DNA of 26,382 bases from a virus. Its lineage: Duplodnaviria; Heunggongvirae; Uroviricota; Caudoviricetes. The notes below the pieces were generated by a model. The model was not told where the DNA came from. It was given only the letters and a program-made list of their open reading frames with translations, and made no database searches. Location: IMG/VR virus record IMGVR_UViG_2526164661_000013. One strand, 5' to 3'. Shown piece by piece: positions 1-10,238 of this stretch. A program made the position numbers and the translations under genes. Each line of letters opens with the position of its first letter. Position 1 is the first letter of the stretch.

Positions 1-97
1 AAAATAATCTCGGTGTGAGATGCTTTACGTCTTCCAAGCCCCCTTCCTTGCCGTAAATGGAAAGATACATCTAATTATAGAATTTATATGTTTTACC

Positions 98-673
98 CTA
101 CGGCAGTGCTGGCCATTCAATATCCTGTGCAGTTGACGTATCAACACGGTTCAGCAATACCCGATACTTTTTCCATGCTTCCAGCAACGAGATTTCTTCC
201 TCCGTTGCAATTTCCAGATCTGCAGCATCCTGAAGCGGCGCAATATGCTCACTGGCTACCTGCATCAGGTTGTTTTTTGTTTCTTCCGCCTCCCGGATCC
301 GGAACAGTTTTTCTGCTTCCGTATCCTTCACCCAGGCTGTGCCGTTCCACTTCTGAAACTCCCCTTCCGGCGATAACCAGGTAACATTTTCCGGTAACGG
401 ACCGAGTTCAGAAATAAATAACGCGTCGCCGGAAGCCACGTCATAAACCGTTTTACCCCGATGATCTTCAACGAGATGCCACGATGACTCATCACTGTTG
501 AAAACAGCCACGAAGCCAGCCGGAATATCTGGCGGTGCAATATCGGTACTGTTTGCTGGCAGACCTGTATGAGGCGGAATATATGCATCACCTTCACCAA
601 TAAATTCATTAGTTCCGGCCAGCAGATTATAAATTTTTATGGTCCGTGGTTGTTCACTCATTCTGAATGCCAT
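98..673 (-). CDS. tfa: Tail fiber assembly protein (lambda Tfa-like chaperone), 191 aa
   Basis: Translation [39 protein letters not shown]... is near-identical over its length to lambda Tfa as I recall it. The start codon overlaps the stf stop as TAATG (671-675), suggesting translational coupling. Confidence 0.9.
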
Positions 674-996
674 TATGCAAGCCTCACAATATAGTTAAAT
701 GCGATGTTTTTGACGGTGTTTTCCGCGTTACCAGCAGCGTTAACGGTGATGGTGTGTCCATGTGAACCAATCGCAACGGAGTGCGTATGAGCACCAATAC
801 CGACAGTATGTGCGTGAGCACCTGCAGATGCAGCTGTGCCGCTGACACTATGAGTGTGCGCTCCTGCAGCACTTGTATTCACACTGGCCGCAGACACTAC
901 CTTATGTACTGACCCATTTTGTGACCACTGGCTGACTGCTGATGCGCCTGTGACACTATGAGTATGGTTTCCGGCACTTGCGGCTGTACCGCTCAC
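673..996 (-). CDS. stf: C-terminal segment of the side tail fiber (His-rich HTHS/HAHT repeats), in the same frame as the upstream stf ORF but separated from it by an in-frame TAG
   Basis: The ORF ends ...[31 protein letters not shown], matching the lambda Stf C-terminus as I recall it. The frame is open from 1050 down to 676; the ORF track start at 996 is a GTG (Val in context). It is in the same reading frame as ORF 1051..3705. Confidence 0.7.
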
Positions 997-1050
997 ACTG
1001 TGCGTATGCGCCCCGATGTTATTCGTGGATTTAGTGCCGTAATCAAACGA

Positions 1051-3699
1051 CTATGTGGTTTTCGTCCCCAAATCCGTACTGGATGCGCTGGCGCTGTGGG
1101 TATGCGATTTAATGCCGTCCTGTTCCTGAGACAATACGGCCCGACCACTGGTAGGTTTGCCCTTAATCGTCCAGCCACGCATATCAGGGATCACGCCTGA
1201 CGGATAAGCCGCTGCAAGTTTCGGGTATGCAGATTTGTCAAAAATCTGCCCCTGCATCAGGGCATAGCCAGACGGAACGGTATCTGATGGCCACGGGATT
1301 GGTGCACCGACTGGATAAAACTCTGCAGGAGGATGAGCCGAGGTGTAAAGCTGCGCCCACGGCGACCAGTTTGCGTCGGTCGTATCCCGTCGTGAACGAA
1401 TAAATGCCGGAGCATGAGCACCGCTTGTACCACTCCAGCCGATGAGTAACTCACCTTCGCCAACGGCTGTCATCCCTTTCAGGTGAATGATATTTCCATA
1501 CGCTGTTGGATATCCGTTGTTATACACCTCGTATAACTCAAGACCTGTTGCCCCCTGCGTATTGTCTGTCAGCGCGGTTACCCGACCTTTTGAAGACAGA
1601 TTAACTGATGATACTGCTGTTCCACCTGACGGTAACGCCCCGATCTCTGATGCCGTTGGCTTATTTCTGGAGTTATAGTCCCTTCGCCAGCCAGGTGAAT
1701 AATCTGTTCCGTGATTAATATAGGTAAACTGGGCGTTAGTTGTTCCACCACCAGTGGAGGTGGTCGGTGTGGTAATGCGGATCGTCATCGCTGATTTTAT
1801 CCCCATTACTTCAATGACAGCTCCGGCGAGATGAATATTACCGCAGTCAGTATCAGTAATGATTTTATTATTGCCATAAGACCAGGAACCCTTGCACATC
1901 CAGTAGGGATGGTTAAATGCTCCCTGAGAATCCAGCCACTCGATAAACTGTGCAGTCGTCCAGTTTCCTGTTATTGTGCTTACTGACCCACCAAAGGCAC
2001 GGCAGGCACCAATATTTTTCGTAAAGGTGTCTTTGCCAGGGATATCCGCACCGTTCTGATCTTTCTGCAGACGTTTCTCAGCATTGTCATAGGCTGTTTT
2101 TACTGCCTTTGGTGTCGCGGCAAGCGTTTCAGACGTGCTGTTGGTCGCGCTGCTTAGCTGGATTATCCCTTTCTGTGCTGTCGTTGCATCCTGTGCGGTG
2201 TATTTCCCGTTAGCCAGGTCATACGCGGCCTTAACGGCTTTTGGTGTTGCCGCCAGTGACTCGGAAGTGCTGTTAGTCGCACTACTGAGCTGTACTATCC
2301 CCTTTTTCGTCGTGCTCGCATCCTCAAGCGCCACAGCGGATGCAATATCCTCTGCCCGTTTTGCTGCTGTCTCGGCGCGCGTTGCTGCGGATTCTGCCGT
2401 ACTCTTGCTCTGTGCTGCCGCCGTCGCACTGCCAGCAGCCTCTGTTGCCTTCGTGGATGCCGTCGTGGCGCTGCCCTTCGCTGCTGACGCTTGTCTGGTC
2501 GCCTCATCTTTTGAAGCAGACGCCGATGAGGCCGATGACGCCGCCGAACTGGCGGACGATGCGGCAGCCGTTTTTGAGGATTCTGCGCTGGTTTCCGACG
2601 CTTTCGCGTTCGTTTCGGATGTCTTCGCTGCGGAAGCTGACCTCGCTGCTGCGCTGGCCTGTTCAGTGGCTTCGCCAGCCTTCGTTGTGGCTGTTGAAGC
2701 GGATGATGCGGCGCTTTCTGCCGATTTTCCGGCGGCGATGGCACTGGCTGAGGCCTGCCCGGCACTTGTTGACGCGGCACTAGCAGACGACGCAGCCGCT
2801 GTTTTTGAGCCTGCCGCAGCTGAGGCGCTCTGTCCCGCTGCCGTCTCAGAAGACCTGGCGTTCGTCTCGGACGTTTTTGCCGCCTTCGCGGAATTTCCTG
2901 CCGCTGTTGCCGAGGAAGCTGCGCTACTGGCGCTCGAGGATGCGTTCGTTTCTGATGATTTTGCCGCCTCTTTTGAAGCCGCCGCATCCCGGGCTGAGGT
3001 GGCAGCTTCTGACGCTTTCGTGGTCGCGGTGGATGCAGAAGTGGCTGCTGATTGTTGTGACGCTGCCGCATTCGTTTCTGACGTTTTCGCGGCACTGGCA
3101 CTGGTAGCTGCCGCGCTTTTTGAGGACTCTGCAGCGGCAGCACTTTTTGATGCTTCAGTGGCCTTTGTTGATGCCGTTCCTGCGCTGGAAGACGCTGACT
3201 GAGCCGACGAAGCGGCCTGTCCGGCTGACGTGCTGGCTGCGCGTGCTGAGCCTGTAGCATCAGTCGCATGGGTTGCCGCCTCACGGGCAGATGTGCCGGC
3301 ATCGCCGGCTGACTTCTTCGCGACTGCCGTGTTCTGTGCCACCACGGACGCGTTACGCGCCACCTCTTCCACCATCAGTTCAAAACGGCGCAGTGCCTCC
3401 GGACGGGCATCATCCTCCGTCATGGCACCGAGAAAATCATTCAGCGTACCGGGTCGGGAATCTTCATACACGGTGATGGTCCCGGCATGTGACGGCGGGA
3501 ATCCCTCCACCAACAGAATAACGCTGTACTGCCCGTACTCAACGTCCATGCTGTAACGCCCGGCTTCATCCGGATTTTCTGAGGCCAGCGTGTTCACCAC
3601 CACCGTGGTACTGTTACGTTTTGCTTTCAGCTGGATTGTGCAGTTCTGTACCGGTTTTCCTGTGCCGTCTTTCAGTACACCTGAAATCTTTACTGCCAT
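1051..3699 (-). CDS. stf: Side tail fiber protein Stf, N-terminal and central part (882 aa from the MAVKISG start), terminated by an in-frame amber codon at 1051-1053
   Basis: [26 protein letters not shown]... matches the lambda Stf N-terminus. The long Ala/Ser/Thr-rich central region and the C-terminal ...[55 protein letters not shown] segment also resemble lambda Stf. The likely start is the ATG at 3697-3699, preceded by GTGGGGTGAAT. Confidence 0.85.
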   Translation of the reverse strand: MAVKISGVLKDGTGKPVQNCTIQLKAKRNSTTVVVNTLASENPDEAGRYSMDVEYGQYSVILLVEGFPPSHAGTITVYEDSRPGTLNDFLGAMTEDDARPEALRRFELMVEEVARNASVVAQNTAVAKKSAGDAGTSAREAATHATDATGSARAASTSAGQAASSAQSASSSAGTASTKATEASKSAAAAESSKSAAATSASAAKTSETNAAASQQSAATSASTATTKASEAATSARDAAASKEAAKSSETNASSSASSAASSATAAGNSAKAAKTSETNARSSETAAGQSASAAAGSKTAAASSASAASTSAGQASASAIAAGKSAESAASSASTATTKAGEATEQASAAARSASAAKTSETNAKASETSAESSKTAAASSASSAASSASSASASKDEATRQASAAKGSATTASTKATEAAGSATAAAQSKSTAESAATRAETAAKRAEDIASAVALEDASTTKKGIVQLSSATNSTSESLAATPKAVKAAYDLANGKYTAQDATTAQKGIIQLSSATNSTSETLAATPKAVKTAYDNAEKRLQKDQNGADIPGKDTFTKNIGACRAFGGSVSTITGNWTTAQFIEWLDSQGAFNHPYWMCKGSWSYGNNKIITDTDCGNIHLAGAVIEVMGIKSAMTIRITTPTTSTGGGTTNAQFTYINHGTDYSPGWRRDYNSRNKPTASEIGALPSGGTAVSSVNLSSKGRVTALTDNTQGATGLELYEVYNNGYPTAYGNIIHLKGMTAVGEGELLIGWSGTSGAHAPAFIRSRRDTTDANWSPWAQLYTSAHPPAEFYPVGAPIPWPSDTVPSGYALMQGQIFDKSAYPKLAAAYPSGVIPDMRGWTIKGKPTSGRAVLSQEQDGIKSHTHSASASSTDLGTKTT

Positions 3700-3710
3700 A
3701 TTCACCCCAC

Positions 3711-3737
3711 AAAAAAGCCCGCCTGAACCGGCGGGCT
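3711..3737 (-). terminator. Intrinsic terminator-like hairpin downstream of lom (minus strand): 8-bp GC-rich stem, 6-nt loop, followed by T6
   Basis: Plus strand reads aaaaaa-AGCCCGCC-tgaacc-GGCGGGCT. On the minus strand this is hairpin then TTTTTT, sitting between the lom stop (3764) and the stf start (3699). Confidence 0.55.
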
Positions 3738-3763
3738 GTCATAACACTGTGTTACCTGGCTAA

Positions 3764-4363
3764 TCAGAATTTATAACCGACACCCACGATGAAACCGTCA
3801 GTGCGCCAGTCGCCACTGCCGGAACCTTCATAAGCGACATCAATGGCCACGGACTCGGTCGGGTTAAACTGCACGCCAGCCCCCCACGCCAGAGACGTGT
3901 TGCTGTGGCGACCGTCATCACTTCCGGTTAGCACATCGTGCGTTTTCCCCTTATTGTCAGTTACGCGGAGATAATCCCCGGAGAAAGTCGACACACGGCT
4001 GTAAGCCACACCCGCCATCGCATACGCGCTGAACCATTCATTCACGCGTACAGACGGCCCCGCCATCACGCTGAACCAGCGGTTACGCACGGAATCTTCA
4101 TACCAGCGGGTATCGCTGTAACGGGTCAGCTGGCGATTCTTGTCTCCTGCATAGCTGAACGACGTCACCATCCCCAGTGTGTCCGTAAACTCATAACGGT
4201 ATTTCACGTTAATCCCGTTAAGATCATCGCTGCCGGGAACGTTCGTCGAGGCATGAAGATACCCCGCGCTCAGCGTGGACTGATGTTCAGATGCCCATGC
4301 AGGCGCACCGGATACGGCCAGACAAATGGCTGCGGAAAAAATGGCGGCATAAAGTTTACGCAT
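3764..4363 (-). CDS. lom: Lom outer membrane protein (Ail/Lom/PagC family 8-strand beta-barrel), 199 aa with N-terminal signal peptide
   Basis: MRKLYAAIFSAAICLAVSGAPAWA signal sequence; the C-terminus ...AYEGSGSGDWRTDGFIVGVGYKF matches lambda Lom as I recall it. Position between J and stf is as in lambda. Confidence 0.9.
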   Translation of the reverse strand: MRKLYAAIFSAAICLAVSGAPAWASEHQSTLSAGYLHASTNVPGSDDLNGINVKYRYEFTDTLGMVTSFSYAGDKNRQLTRYSDTRWYEDSVRNRWFSVMAGPSVRVNEWFSAYAMAGVAYSRVSTFSGDYLRVTDNKGKTHDVLTGSDDGRHSNTSLAWGAGVQFNPTESVAIDVAYEGSGSGDWRTDGFIVGVGYKF

Positions 4364-4387
4364 AATTACCTCTCGCTTTTCTGCAAT

Positions 4388-4414
4388 AAAAAAGGCACCA
4401 TTTCTGGTGCCCTT
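4388..4414 (-). terminator. Intrinsic terminator-like hairpin downstream of J (minus strand)
   Basis: Plus strand reads aaaaaa-GGCACC-atttct-GGTGCC. On the minus strand this is GGCACCagaaatGGTGCC followed by TTTTTATT, in the 69-bp J-lom gap. Confidence 0.5.
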
Positions 4415-4432
4415 ATATGGGTTATAACAATT

Positions 4433-7400
4433 TCAACGAATACTGATGCCGGAAGCGGCTTTTTTGGTCACAATCACCGTACAGTCGGTGATATTGCCTG
4501 CCCCCTGATTGCCTTTCTGGAAAATCTTAAACTCCAGAGTGACGCTACCACCACCACTAGGCATATCAATAACTGCACTGTAACTACCGGGAATGGCCCC
4601 TTTAGTTTCTCTGGATGCGATTAATACGCCGTTTTTGCGAACTTCAAAACCATAACCCGTGTATCGCGTGCCTCCTGGGTTATTTCCGCTCCCCGGATCG
4701 TCATACGCTATACCGTTAAAAATAATGGGCGGAATAATAATCTGGCGGTCAAAGTTATGATCATCGCTGATGGTGACTGTAACCGTACCGTTTGGTGTTT
4801 CCGTGTTACCCCACGTACCGACTTTTTTCGGGAAGGCTTTTGATACAGCTTTAACGAAATCCCCTCTGACCTGGGTCGCCTCCAGCATGCCCTTAATCGT
4901 ACAGTTCTGGTTAATCGTGACATTGTTGAGCGTTCCTGAGTTCGCATTCACACTACCACTGATATCCGCATTTTTAGCGGTCAGCTTTCCGTCTGATGTC
5001 AGGGAAAATACCGGAGGACTGCCACCGCTGGTAATGGTGGGGGCTGTCAGGCGCTTCAGGAACACGTCGTTCATGAATATCTGGTTGCCCTGCGCCACAA
5101 ACATCGGCGTTTCATTCCCGTTTGCCGGGTCAATAAACGCGATACGGTTAGCGGCAACCAGAAACTGGCTCAGCTTGCCTTCCTCCGTGTCCTCCATGCT
5201 GAGGCCAATACCCGCGACATAATGTTTGCCGTCTTTGGTCTGCTCAATTTTGACGCCCCACATGGCATTCCATTTATCGTTAGCGTCCTTCCACTCTTTC
5301 GAAAACTCATCCAGTCTGCTGGCGTTATCCTCCGTCAGATCAACTTTTTCCAGCAGCTCTTTACCGAGATGGGATTCGGTTATCTTGCCTTTGAAAAAAT
5401 CCAGGTAACCTTCCGCATCATCGCTCGCCCGACCGACGGCCTCCACGAATGCCGATTTGCCAACGGTGTTCACACTGCGGATATAAAAGTAATAATCATG
5501 GCCCGGTTTGATATTGATACTGGCGGCTATCCAGTACAGCCCCGTGCCAAGGTAGCGGGCTGTGGTTTCAACCTGCCTGATATCGGTAATCCGCGTTTCC
5601 GAGAACCAGAACTCAAACTGTACCGTCGGATCATAAACCGCAAGATGCGGCGTGGCAGTTATCTGAAAATAGCCCGGCGTCAGCTCAATCCGCGACGGCG
5701 CTGCCGGGGCGGCAATCCGGAACGATACCGACGCCGGATCGCCCTGCTGTCCCCGGGCATTTACCGCCCGGACCGTCAGCGTGTAACGCCCCAGCGCCAG
5801 CTGCCTGAAGCGGTAAGTGGTTTCCGTCGTCCGGGCCGTGCTGACCAGCCGCTCACTGCCGTCATCGGCGGCCACGGTCAGGCGAAGCATAAAGCTCACA
5901 CCCTTCACTACCTTCGGCGTGTCCCAGCGCGCCAGCACCTGATACTCCCCACTGTCTGCGGTGACTTCTGCGGTCAGGTGCTGCACCGCTGGCGGCGTGA
6001 CACCATTCACCGTGCCGCTCTGGTCGCCGTCAAAGTGCGCTCCGTTATCCACGATGGCCTCTTTTTCCGGCACATGCTGCACGGCAGTGATGGCATACGT
6101 GCCGTCGTCGTTCTCACGGATACTCACACAGCGGAACAGGCGCTGGCGCAGCGTCGGCAGCTTCAGCCCCCACACGCTGTATCCGGCAACGCCGTCAGGA
6201 ACACGGCTCACTTTCACCTTCACGCCGTCGGTGACGGACTGAACCTCCACGCTGACCGGATTGCCACTTCCGTCAACCAGGCTTATCAGCGTGGTACCGG
6301 AGGATGGCAGCGTGATTTCACGGTCGAGCGTCAGCGTCCGGGTCTGGCTGTTCACCGCCAGCACACGCCCGCCGGTGCTGATCCCCGCATAGTCATCATC
6401 ACAGATTTCAATGACATCGCCCGGTACATGGCGAAGCCCTTCTGCGCCCACGCTGAAGTCCACGGTCTGCGTCTCCAGCAGCTCCGTTTTAATCAGCCAC
6501 AGCCCGGCGCGGTGTGCCTGCCCCCGGCTGGTACAGCCAAAGGCATCCATCTTCGTGACGTTACGACCATAACGGACAATGGCCTGCGTATCCTCCACAA
6601 GCTCTGTCGCCGTCTCCCAGCCGTTATTCGGGTCAATCCAGTTCACCTCAACGGCATTATGACGGTCCTTCAGGGCGCTGAAGCTGTAGCGGAACGGCGC
6701 GCCATCATCCGGCATCACCACATTACTGCGGTTATAGGTCCACACCTTATCCGATGGCCGGTCCTGCACGAACGTCAGCGTCTGCCCGTTCCATACCGGC
6801 ATACAGCGCATCGCCGAGCAGAAATCACTGAGCACATCCCACGCCTTGCGCTGCGTGGTCAGGTACGCATTACAGGTGATACGCGGTTCCGTGCCACCAA
6901 AGCCATCCGGCACCGACTGGTCGCAATTCTGGCCGATGACATACAGCGCCCATTTATCCACATCCGCCGCACCAAGACGTTTCCCCATGCCGTAGCGCGG
7001 ATGGGTCAGCATATCCCACAGACACCAGGCCATGTTGTTGCTGTATGCCGGTTGTAACGTTCCGTCCCAGATACCGCTGTATTGTCGCGTCTGCGGGTTA
7101 TAGTTCGACGGCACCTGCAGAATGCGCCCGCGAAGATGATAATTACGGCTCACCTGCTGGCTGCCGAACTGCTCCGAATCCACCTGTACGCCGACCAGTG
7201 CCGTGTTCGGGTAGCACTGTTTCACATCGATGATTTCGGTGTATGACGACCAGAGCGTTTTGTTCTGCAGCTGGTCTGTGGTGCTGTCCGGCGTCATCCT
7301 GCGCATCCGGATATTGAACGGGCGCGGCGGCAGGTTACCCACCACCACCGAGGCCAGATACTGTGAGGTGGTTTTGCCTTTAATGGTGATGTCTTTTTCC

Positions 7401-7846
7401 GTCACCCAGCCACCGTTACGTTGTATCTGAACCAGCAGGCGGACTTCCGACGGATTCCTGTCCCCCTTTGAGGTGGTTTCCACCAGTGCCTGCACGCCGA
7501 AGGTAAAACGCAGTCGGTCAATGTTTGCCGACGTGATGGTCCGGGTGATCGGCGTGTCGTATTTCACTTCCGTACCCAGCACCGCCTCGGAGCCGGAGGA
7601 TTCAAATCCCTCCGGCGGTGTCTGCTCCTGCTCACCGGCCCGGAACACCACCGTGACGCCGGAGATGTTGGTATTCCCCTCAGTGTCCAGCACTGGCGTA
7701 CTGTTCAGCAGCACGCTTTTTAATCCATCCACCGGACCTTCAACCGGCCCTTCGCTGATGGCATCGATCACACTCAGCAACTGCGTGGACTTCAGGTTGT
7801 CCTTCGCTTCGCGCGGAGTATGCCCCTTACTGCTGCCTTTACCCAT
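4433..7846 (-). CDS. J: Tail tip / host specificity protein J (central tail fiber), 1137 aa
   Basis: [54 protein letters not shown]... matches lambda gpJ over roughly the first 980 residues. The last ~150 residues are unlike the lambda C-terminus I recall. Confidence 0.95.
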   Translation of the reverse strand: MGKGSSKGHTPREAKDNLKSTQLLSVIDAISEGPVEGPVDGLKSVLLNSTPVLDTEGNTNISGVTVVFRAGEQEQTPPEGFESSGSEAVLGTEVKYDTPITRTITSANIDRLRFTFGVQALVETTSKGDRNPSEVRLLVQIQRNGGWVTEKDITIKGKTTSQYLASVVVGNLPPRPFNIRMRRMTPDSTTDQLQNKTLWSSYTEIIDVKQCYPNTALVGVQVDSEQFGSQQVSRNYHLRGRILQVPSNYNPQTRQYSGIWDGTLQPAYSNNMAWCLWDMLTHPRYGMGKRLGAADVDKWALYVIGQNCDQSVPDGFGGTEPRITCNAYLTTQRKAWDVLSDFCSAMRCMPVWNGQTLTFVQDRPSDKVWTYNRSNVVMPDDGAPFRYSFSALKDRHNAVEVNWIDPNNGWETATELVEDTQAIVRYGRNVTKMDAFGCTSRGQAHRAGLWLIKTELLETQTVDFSVGAEGLRHVPGDVIEICDDDYAGISTGGRVLAVNSQTRTLTLDREITLPSSGTTLISLVDGSGNPVSVEVQSVTDGVKVKVSRVPDGVAGYSVWGLKLPTLRQRLFRCVSIRENDDGTYAITAVQHVPEKEAIVDNGAHFDGDQSGTVNGVTPPAVQHLTAEVTADSGEYQVLARWDTPKVVKGVSFMLRLTVAADDGSERLVSTARTTETTYRFRQLALGRYTLTVRAVNARGQQGDPASVSFRIAAPAAPSRIELTPGYFQITATPHLAVYDPTVQFEFWFSETRITDIRQVETTARYLGTGLYWIAASINIKPGHDYYFYIRSVNTVGKSAFVEAVGRASDDAEGYLDFFKGKITESHLGKELLEKVDLTEDNASRLDEFSKEWKDANDKWNAMWGVKIEQTKDGKHYVAGIGLSMEDTEEGKLSQFLVAANRIAFIDPANGNETPMFVAQGNQIFMNDVFLKRLTAPTITSGGSPPVFSLTSDGKLTAKNADISGSVNANSGTLNNVTINQNCTIKGMLEATQVRGDFVKAVSKAFPKKVGTWGNTETPNGTVTVTISDDHNFDRQIIIPPIIFNGIAYDDPGSGNNPGGTRYTGYGFEVRKNGVLIASRETKGAIPGSYSAVIDMPSGGGSVTLEFKIFQKGNQGAGNITDCTVIVTKKAASGISIR

Positions 7847-7868
7847 TCCTCACGCTCCATAAACGACA

Positions 7869-7888
7869 AAACCGCCCGGAGGCGGTTT
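7869..7888 (-). promoter_or_regulatory. GC-rich hairpin in the I-J intergenic gap (possible attenuator or RNA processing site)
   Basis: AAACCGCC-cgga-GGCGGTTT is a perfect 8-bp stem with a 4-nt loop. On the minus strand it is followed by TGTCGTTTAT and then the J ribosome-binding site and start. Confidence 0.35.
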
Positions 7889-7906
7889 CACATAAAACGT
7901 TTTTCA

Positions 7907-8554
7907 TCAGCGACCAATCACCACAACCTGACCACCATCCCCTTCGTCTGCCGTGCTGATCTCCTGAGAGACCACCCGCGACCCCACGCGCATTTCACCG
8001 TACAGAACGGGCAGAACATTGCCCTGGGCAACCATGTTATCCAGTGAGGAGAAATAGGTGTTCTGTTTGCCGTTATCTGTACTTGCTGCCGTGGGCGTCC
8101 TGGCTTTCGGTGCCAGCATCTGCGCCACTCCGCCCAGGATCATACTGGCCCCTGCCGCATACATGCCCGATACAGCCGCGGCACCCAGCCAGCCCACAGG
8201 GTTCCACCATGCCACCGCAATCAGCGCCGCCCCCAGCACCACCTGAAACACACCGCCACTTTTAGCTCCCGCCAGACGCGGCACGATGTGGATCACGGCA
8301 CCATTTGCCAGCGGCTCATTAAGACGGGCAGACAATTCGGTTTCACCTGCATCACGCCCGGCAATGCGTACCTGGTACCAGCCGTCGCTCAGTTTCTGAC
8401 GAAACGCCGGGATCTGCATGGCCAGCGCCCGGATGGCTTCGGACCCCGTTTTCACTCGAAGGTCGATGCGGCGGCCAAATCGTTGTAAATCCCCGTAAAG
8501 GCAGATGCGTGCCATGCCCGGTGACGCCAGAGGGAGTGTGTGCGTCGCTGCCAT
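7907..8554 (-). CDS. I: Tail assembly protein I, 215 aa
   Basis: MAATHTLPLASPGMARICLYGDLQRFGRRIDLRVKTG... and the C-terminus ...NGKQNTYFSSLDNMVAQGNVLPVLYGEMRVGSRVVSQEISTADEGDGGQVVVIGR match lambda gpI. Its 5' end overlaps the 3' end of K by about 100 nt in a different frame. Confidence 0.9.
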   Translation of the reverse strand: MAATHTLPLASPGMARICLYGDLQRFGRRIDLRVKTGSEAIRALAMQIPAFRQKLSDGWYQVRIAGRDAGETELSARLNEPLANGAVIHIVPRLAGAKSGGVFQVVLGAALIAVAWWNPVGWLGAAAVSGMYAAGASMILGGVAQMLAPKARTPTAASTDNGKQNTYFSSLDNMVAQGNVLPVLYGEMRVGSRVVSQEISTADEGDGGQVVVIGR

Positions 8555-9204
8555 TTGTCGGTGTACCTCTCTCGTTTGCTCAGTTGTTCAGGAATATGGT
8601 GCAGCAGCTCGCCGTCACCACAGTAAATGGCGGCATGATTCGGCACCGATGAACCAAAACAGCACAGCAGCACATCGCCCGGCTGCGCCGCTGACAACGG
8701 CACCTGATACAGCCCTGTAGCCTCCAGATTATCCAGATAGAGATTCTGACCGTTACGCCACCAGTCATCCTCGCGATGAAAATCCGGCATCTCAATCCCC
8801 GCCAGATGGTAAGCATCCCGGAACAGCGTGTAACAGTCCGTCACCCCGTGCTCAAAGCGCCGCCCGGAAAGATGTGGCACACAGCGGAACTTGTGAATCG
8901 CCCCCCGGCAAACCAGCCACCACGGCAAATCACTCTGCACCTGCAGCCGCCGGTCGGTCTCACTCAGCCAGGGCAGACCACCGGGGTGACTGTGGACCAG
9001 CGCCACAATCTCACCCTGCATCTCTGCCCGCAGCCAGTCCTCCGGCGACATCCGGAAATACTCCTCCGGCTCACCGGAGATATTCACGCAGGGAAAATAT
9101 CTTTCCCCCTCCGGTGTTCTCACCACGAAGCCGCACGACTCCGCTGGCGCACATCGCCGGGCGTGCGCCAGAATCGCTGATTCTGTCTCTGTCATGGGAT
9201 TCAC
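8452..9204 (-). CDS. K: Tail assembly protein K (JAB/MPN metalloprotease-like N-terminal domain with HSHP motif, plus NlpC/P60-like C-terminal domain), 250 aa
   Basis: ...ESAILAHARRCAPAESCGFVV...EIVALVHSHPGG... is lambda gpK-like. The ATG overlaps the L stop (ATGA at 9201-9204). Confidence 0.9.
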   Translation of the reverse strand: MNPMTETESAILAHARRCAPAESCGFVVRTPEGERYFPCVNISGEPEEYFRMSPEDWLRAEMQGEIVALVHSHPGGLPWLSETDRRLQVQSDLPWWLVCRGAIHKFRCVPHLSGRRFEHGVTDCYTLFRDAYHLAGIEMPDFHREDDWWRNGQNLYLDNLEATGLYQVPLSAAQPGDVLLCCFGSSVPNHAAIYCGDGELLHHIPEQLSKRERYTDKWQRRTHSLWRHRAWHASAFTGIYNDLAAASTFE

Positions 9205-9899
9205 TGCGAAAGTTTGTTAATGGAAAGGAAGCCGCCAAAGTTGCCGACGTTATTGCGAAACTTACAGCCGCTCAGGCATTTGCTGCATTTATCCTTCGTG
9301 ATATCGGAGGTCGGCTGGTCATATTCATCCGCGACCGCCGGACCGTGATAACCGCACTCATCACCGCGATAGGTCCAGGTGCAGGTATTAGCCAGCATGA
9401 TGCGCCCCGGAAAAACAGCGCCGTCCGTTTCCGTCGGCGTGGACAGTACAAAAGAGGCACTCACCGCGCTCAGTTCGCTGCACTGCTCGATGCGCCAGCG
9501 GCTGATCACCTCCTGCTCCGGATCGGCGTCACTGTTTCCGTTGACGAAGTTCACCGCATCCAGAAAACGGGCGTAAACCTTACGCCGGACCACCGTTCCT
9601 CCGACCAGACTCTGCAGGTCTTCCGCCATCCCGGTGACCATGCCGTGCAGGTTAGAAACCGTCAGTGTCGGACGGGCAGCACTGCCTTTGCCGTTCAGTT
9701 CAAATCCCGTCCCCTGAATGGGATACGCCTGATACTGTCGCCTCTGCCAGGTGACCGGCTCACCTTTATCGTTCTGCTCATTACAGAAAAAATAACGTTC
9801 TCCACCGACCACTGTCAGATCGATTTCCCAGAGCACCACCTGGGCTGACTGAGTGAGGCGTGTCGTCTCATGATGTGTTTCCTGTGGAATATCCTGCAT
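9201..9899 (-). CDS. L: Minor tail protein L, 232 aa
   Basis: MQDIPQETHHETTRLTQSAQVVLWEIDLTVVGGERYFFCNEQNDKGEPVTWQRRQYQAYPIQGTGFELNGKG... is lambda gpL-like and has the same length (232 aa). Confidence 0.9.
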   Translation of the reverse strand: MQDIPQETHHETTRLTQSAQVVLWEIDLTVVGGERYFFCNEQNDKGEPVTWQRRQYQAYPIQGTGFELNGKGSAARPTLTVSNLHGMVTGMAEDLQSLVGGTVVRRKVYARFLDAVNFVNGNSDADPEQEVISRWRIEQCSELSAVSASFVLSTPTETDGAVFPGRIMLANTCTWTYRGDECGYHGPAVADEYDQPTSDITKDKCSKCLSGCKFRNNVGNFGGFLSINKLSQ

Positions 9900-9908
9900 C
9901 AGAGACTC

Positions 9909-10238
9909 CTATGCCACGACCTGTTCAAAATCTGCCGTTATGGTTACCCACAACGCCCCCACGCTTGCCGACCATTTACGACAAACCACCCTGATCGGCT
10001 TCCAGTCATAAGGTGGCGTCCACTGAAATGCGCGGACGCCACCGTGCCGTTCCAGAAAGGCTTTTAAAGATGGGTGTTCACATTTACGAACACGTATCGT
10101 CACGCTGTAAATCGACAACTGGTTATTCAGTCCCGCCGCACGACGCTGTTCATAACCATCGCCCAGCTTCACTGTCACCACTTTCGGCTCTGATACCACA
10201 TTCATATCCGGGCGCACTTTCCAGTGAAACGTCTCCAT
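9909..10238 (-). CDS. M: Minor tail protein M, 109 aa
   Basis: METFHWKVRPDMNVVSEPKVV...GDGYEQRRAAGLN...FEQVVA resembles lambda gpM and has the same length (109 aa). It sits directly after H. Confidence 0.85.
   Translation of the reverse strand: METFHWKVRPDMNVVSEPKVVTVKLGDGYEQRRAAGLNNQLSIYSVTIRVRKCEHPSLKAFLERHGGVRAFQWTPPYDWKPIRVVCRKWSASVGALWVTITADFEQVVA

Noticed and set aside
88-384. 98-aa plus-strand ORF at the window start
   Set aside because: Overlaps tfa on the opposite strand. Pro/Leu-rich translation without recognisable features.
2135-3302. Long ORFs antisense to or overlapping stf (2135..3202 on plus, 355 aa; 2295..3302 on minus in another frame, 335 aa; several 100-150-aa ORFs)
   Set aside because: They lie entirely within the Ala/Ser/Thr-rich repetitive part of stf. 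Their translations are low-complexity (poly-Ala/Leu, or Arg/Pro/Gln-rich) and are open only because the biased codon composition lacks stops. No independent start context.
3938-4624. 228-aa plus-strand ORF spanning lom and the J 3' end
   Set aside because: Antisense to two well-supported genes and crosses the intergenic terminator. Not plausible as a gene.
5222-7057. 611-aa plus-strand ORF antisense to J
   Set aside because: Arginine-rich, low-complexity translation typical of antisense reading of a GC-rich gene. It is fully contained in the well-supported J coding region.
8874-9848. 324-aa plus-strand ORF antisense to K and L
   Set aside because: Same antisense artefact. The region is fully explained by the lambda-like K and L genes on the minus strand.
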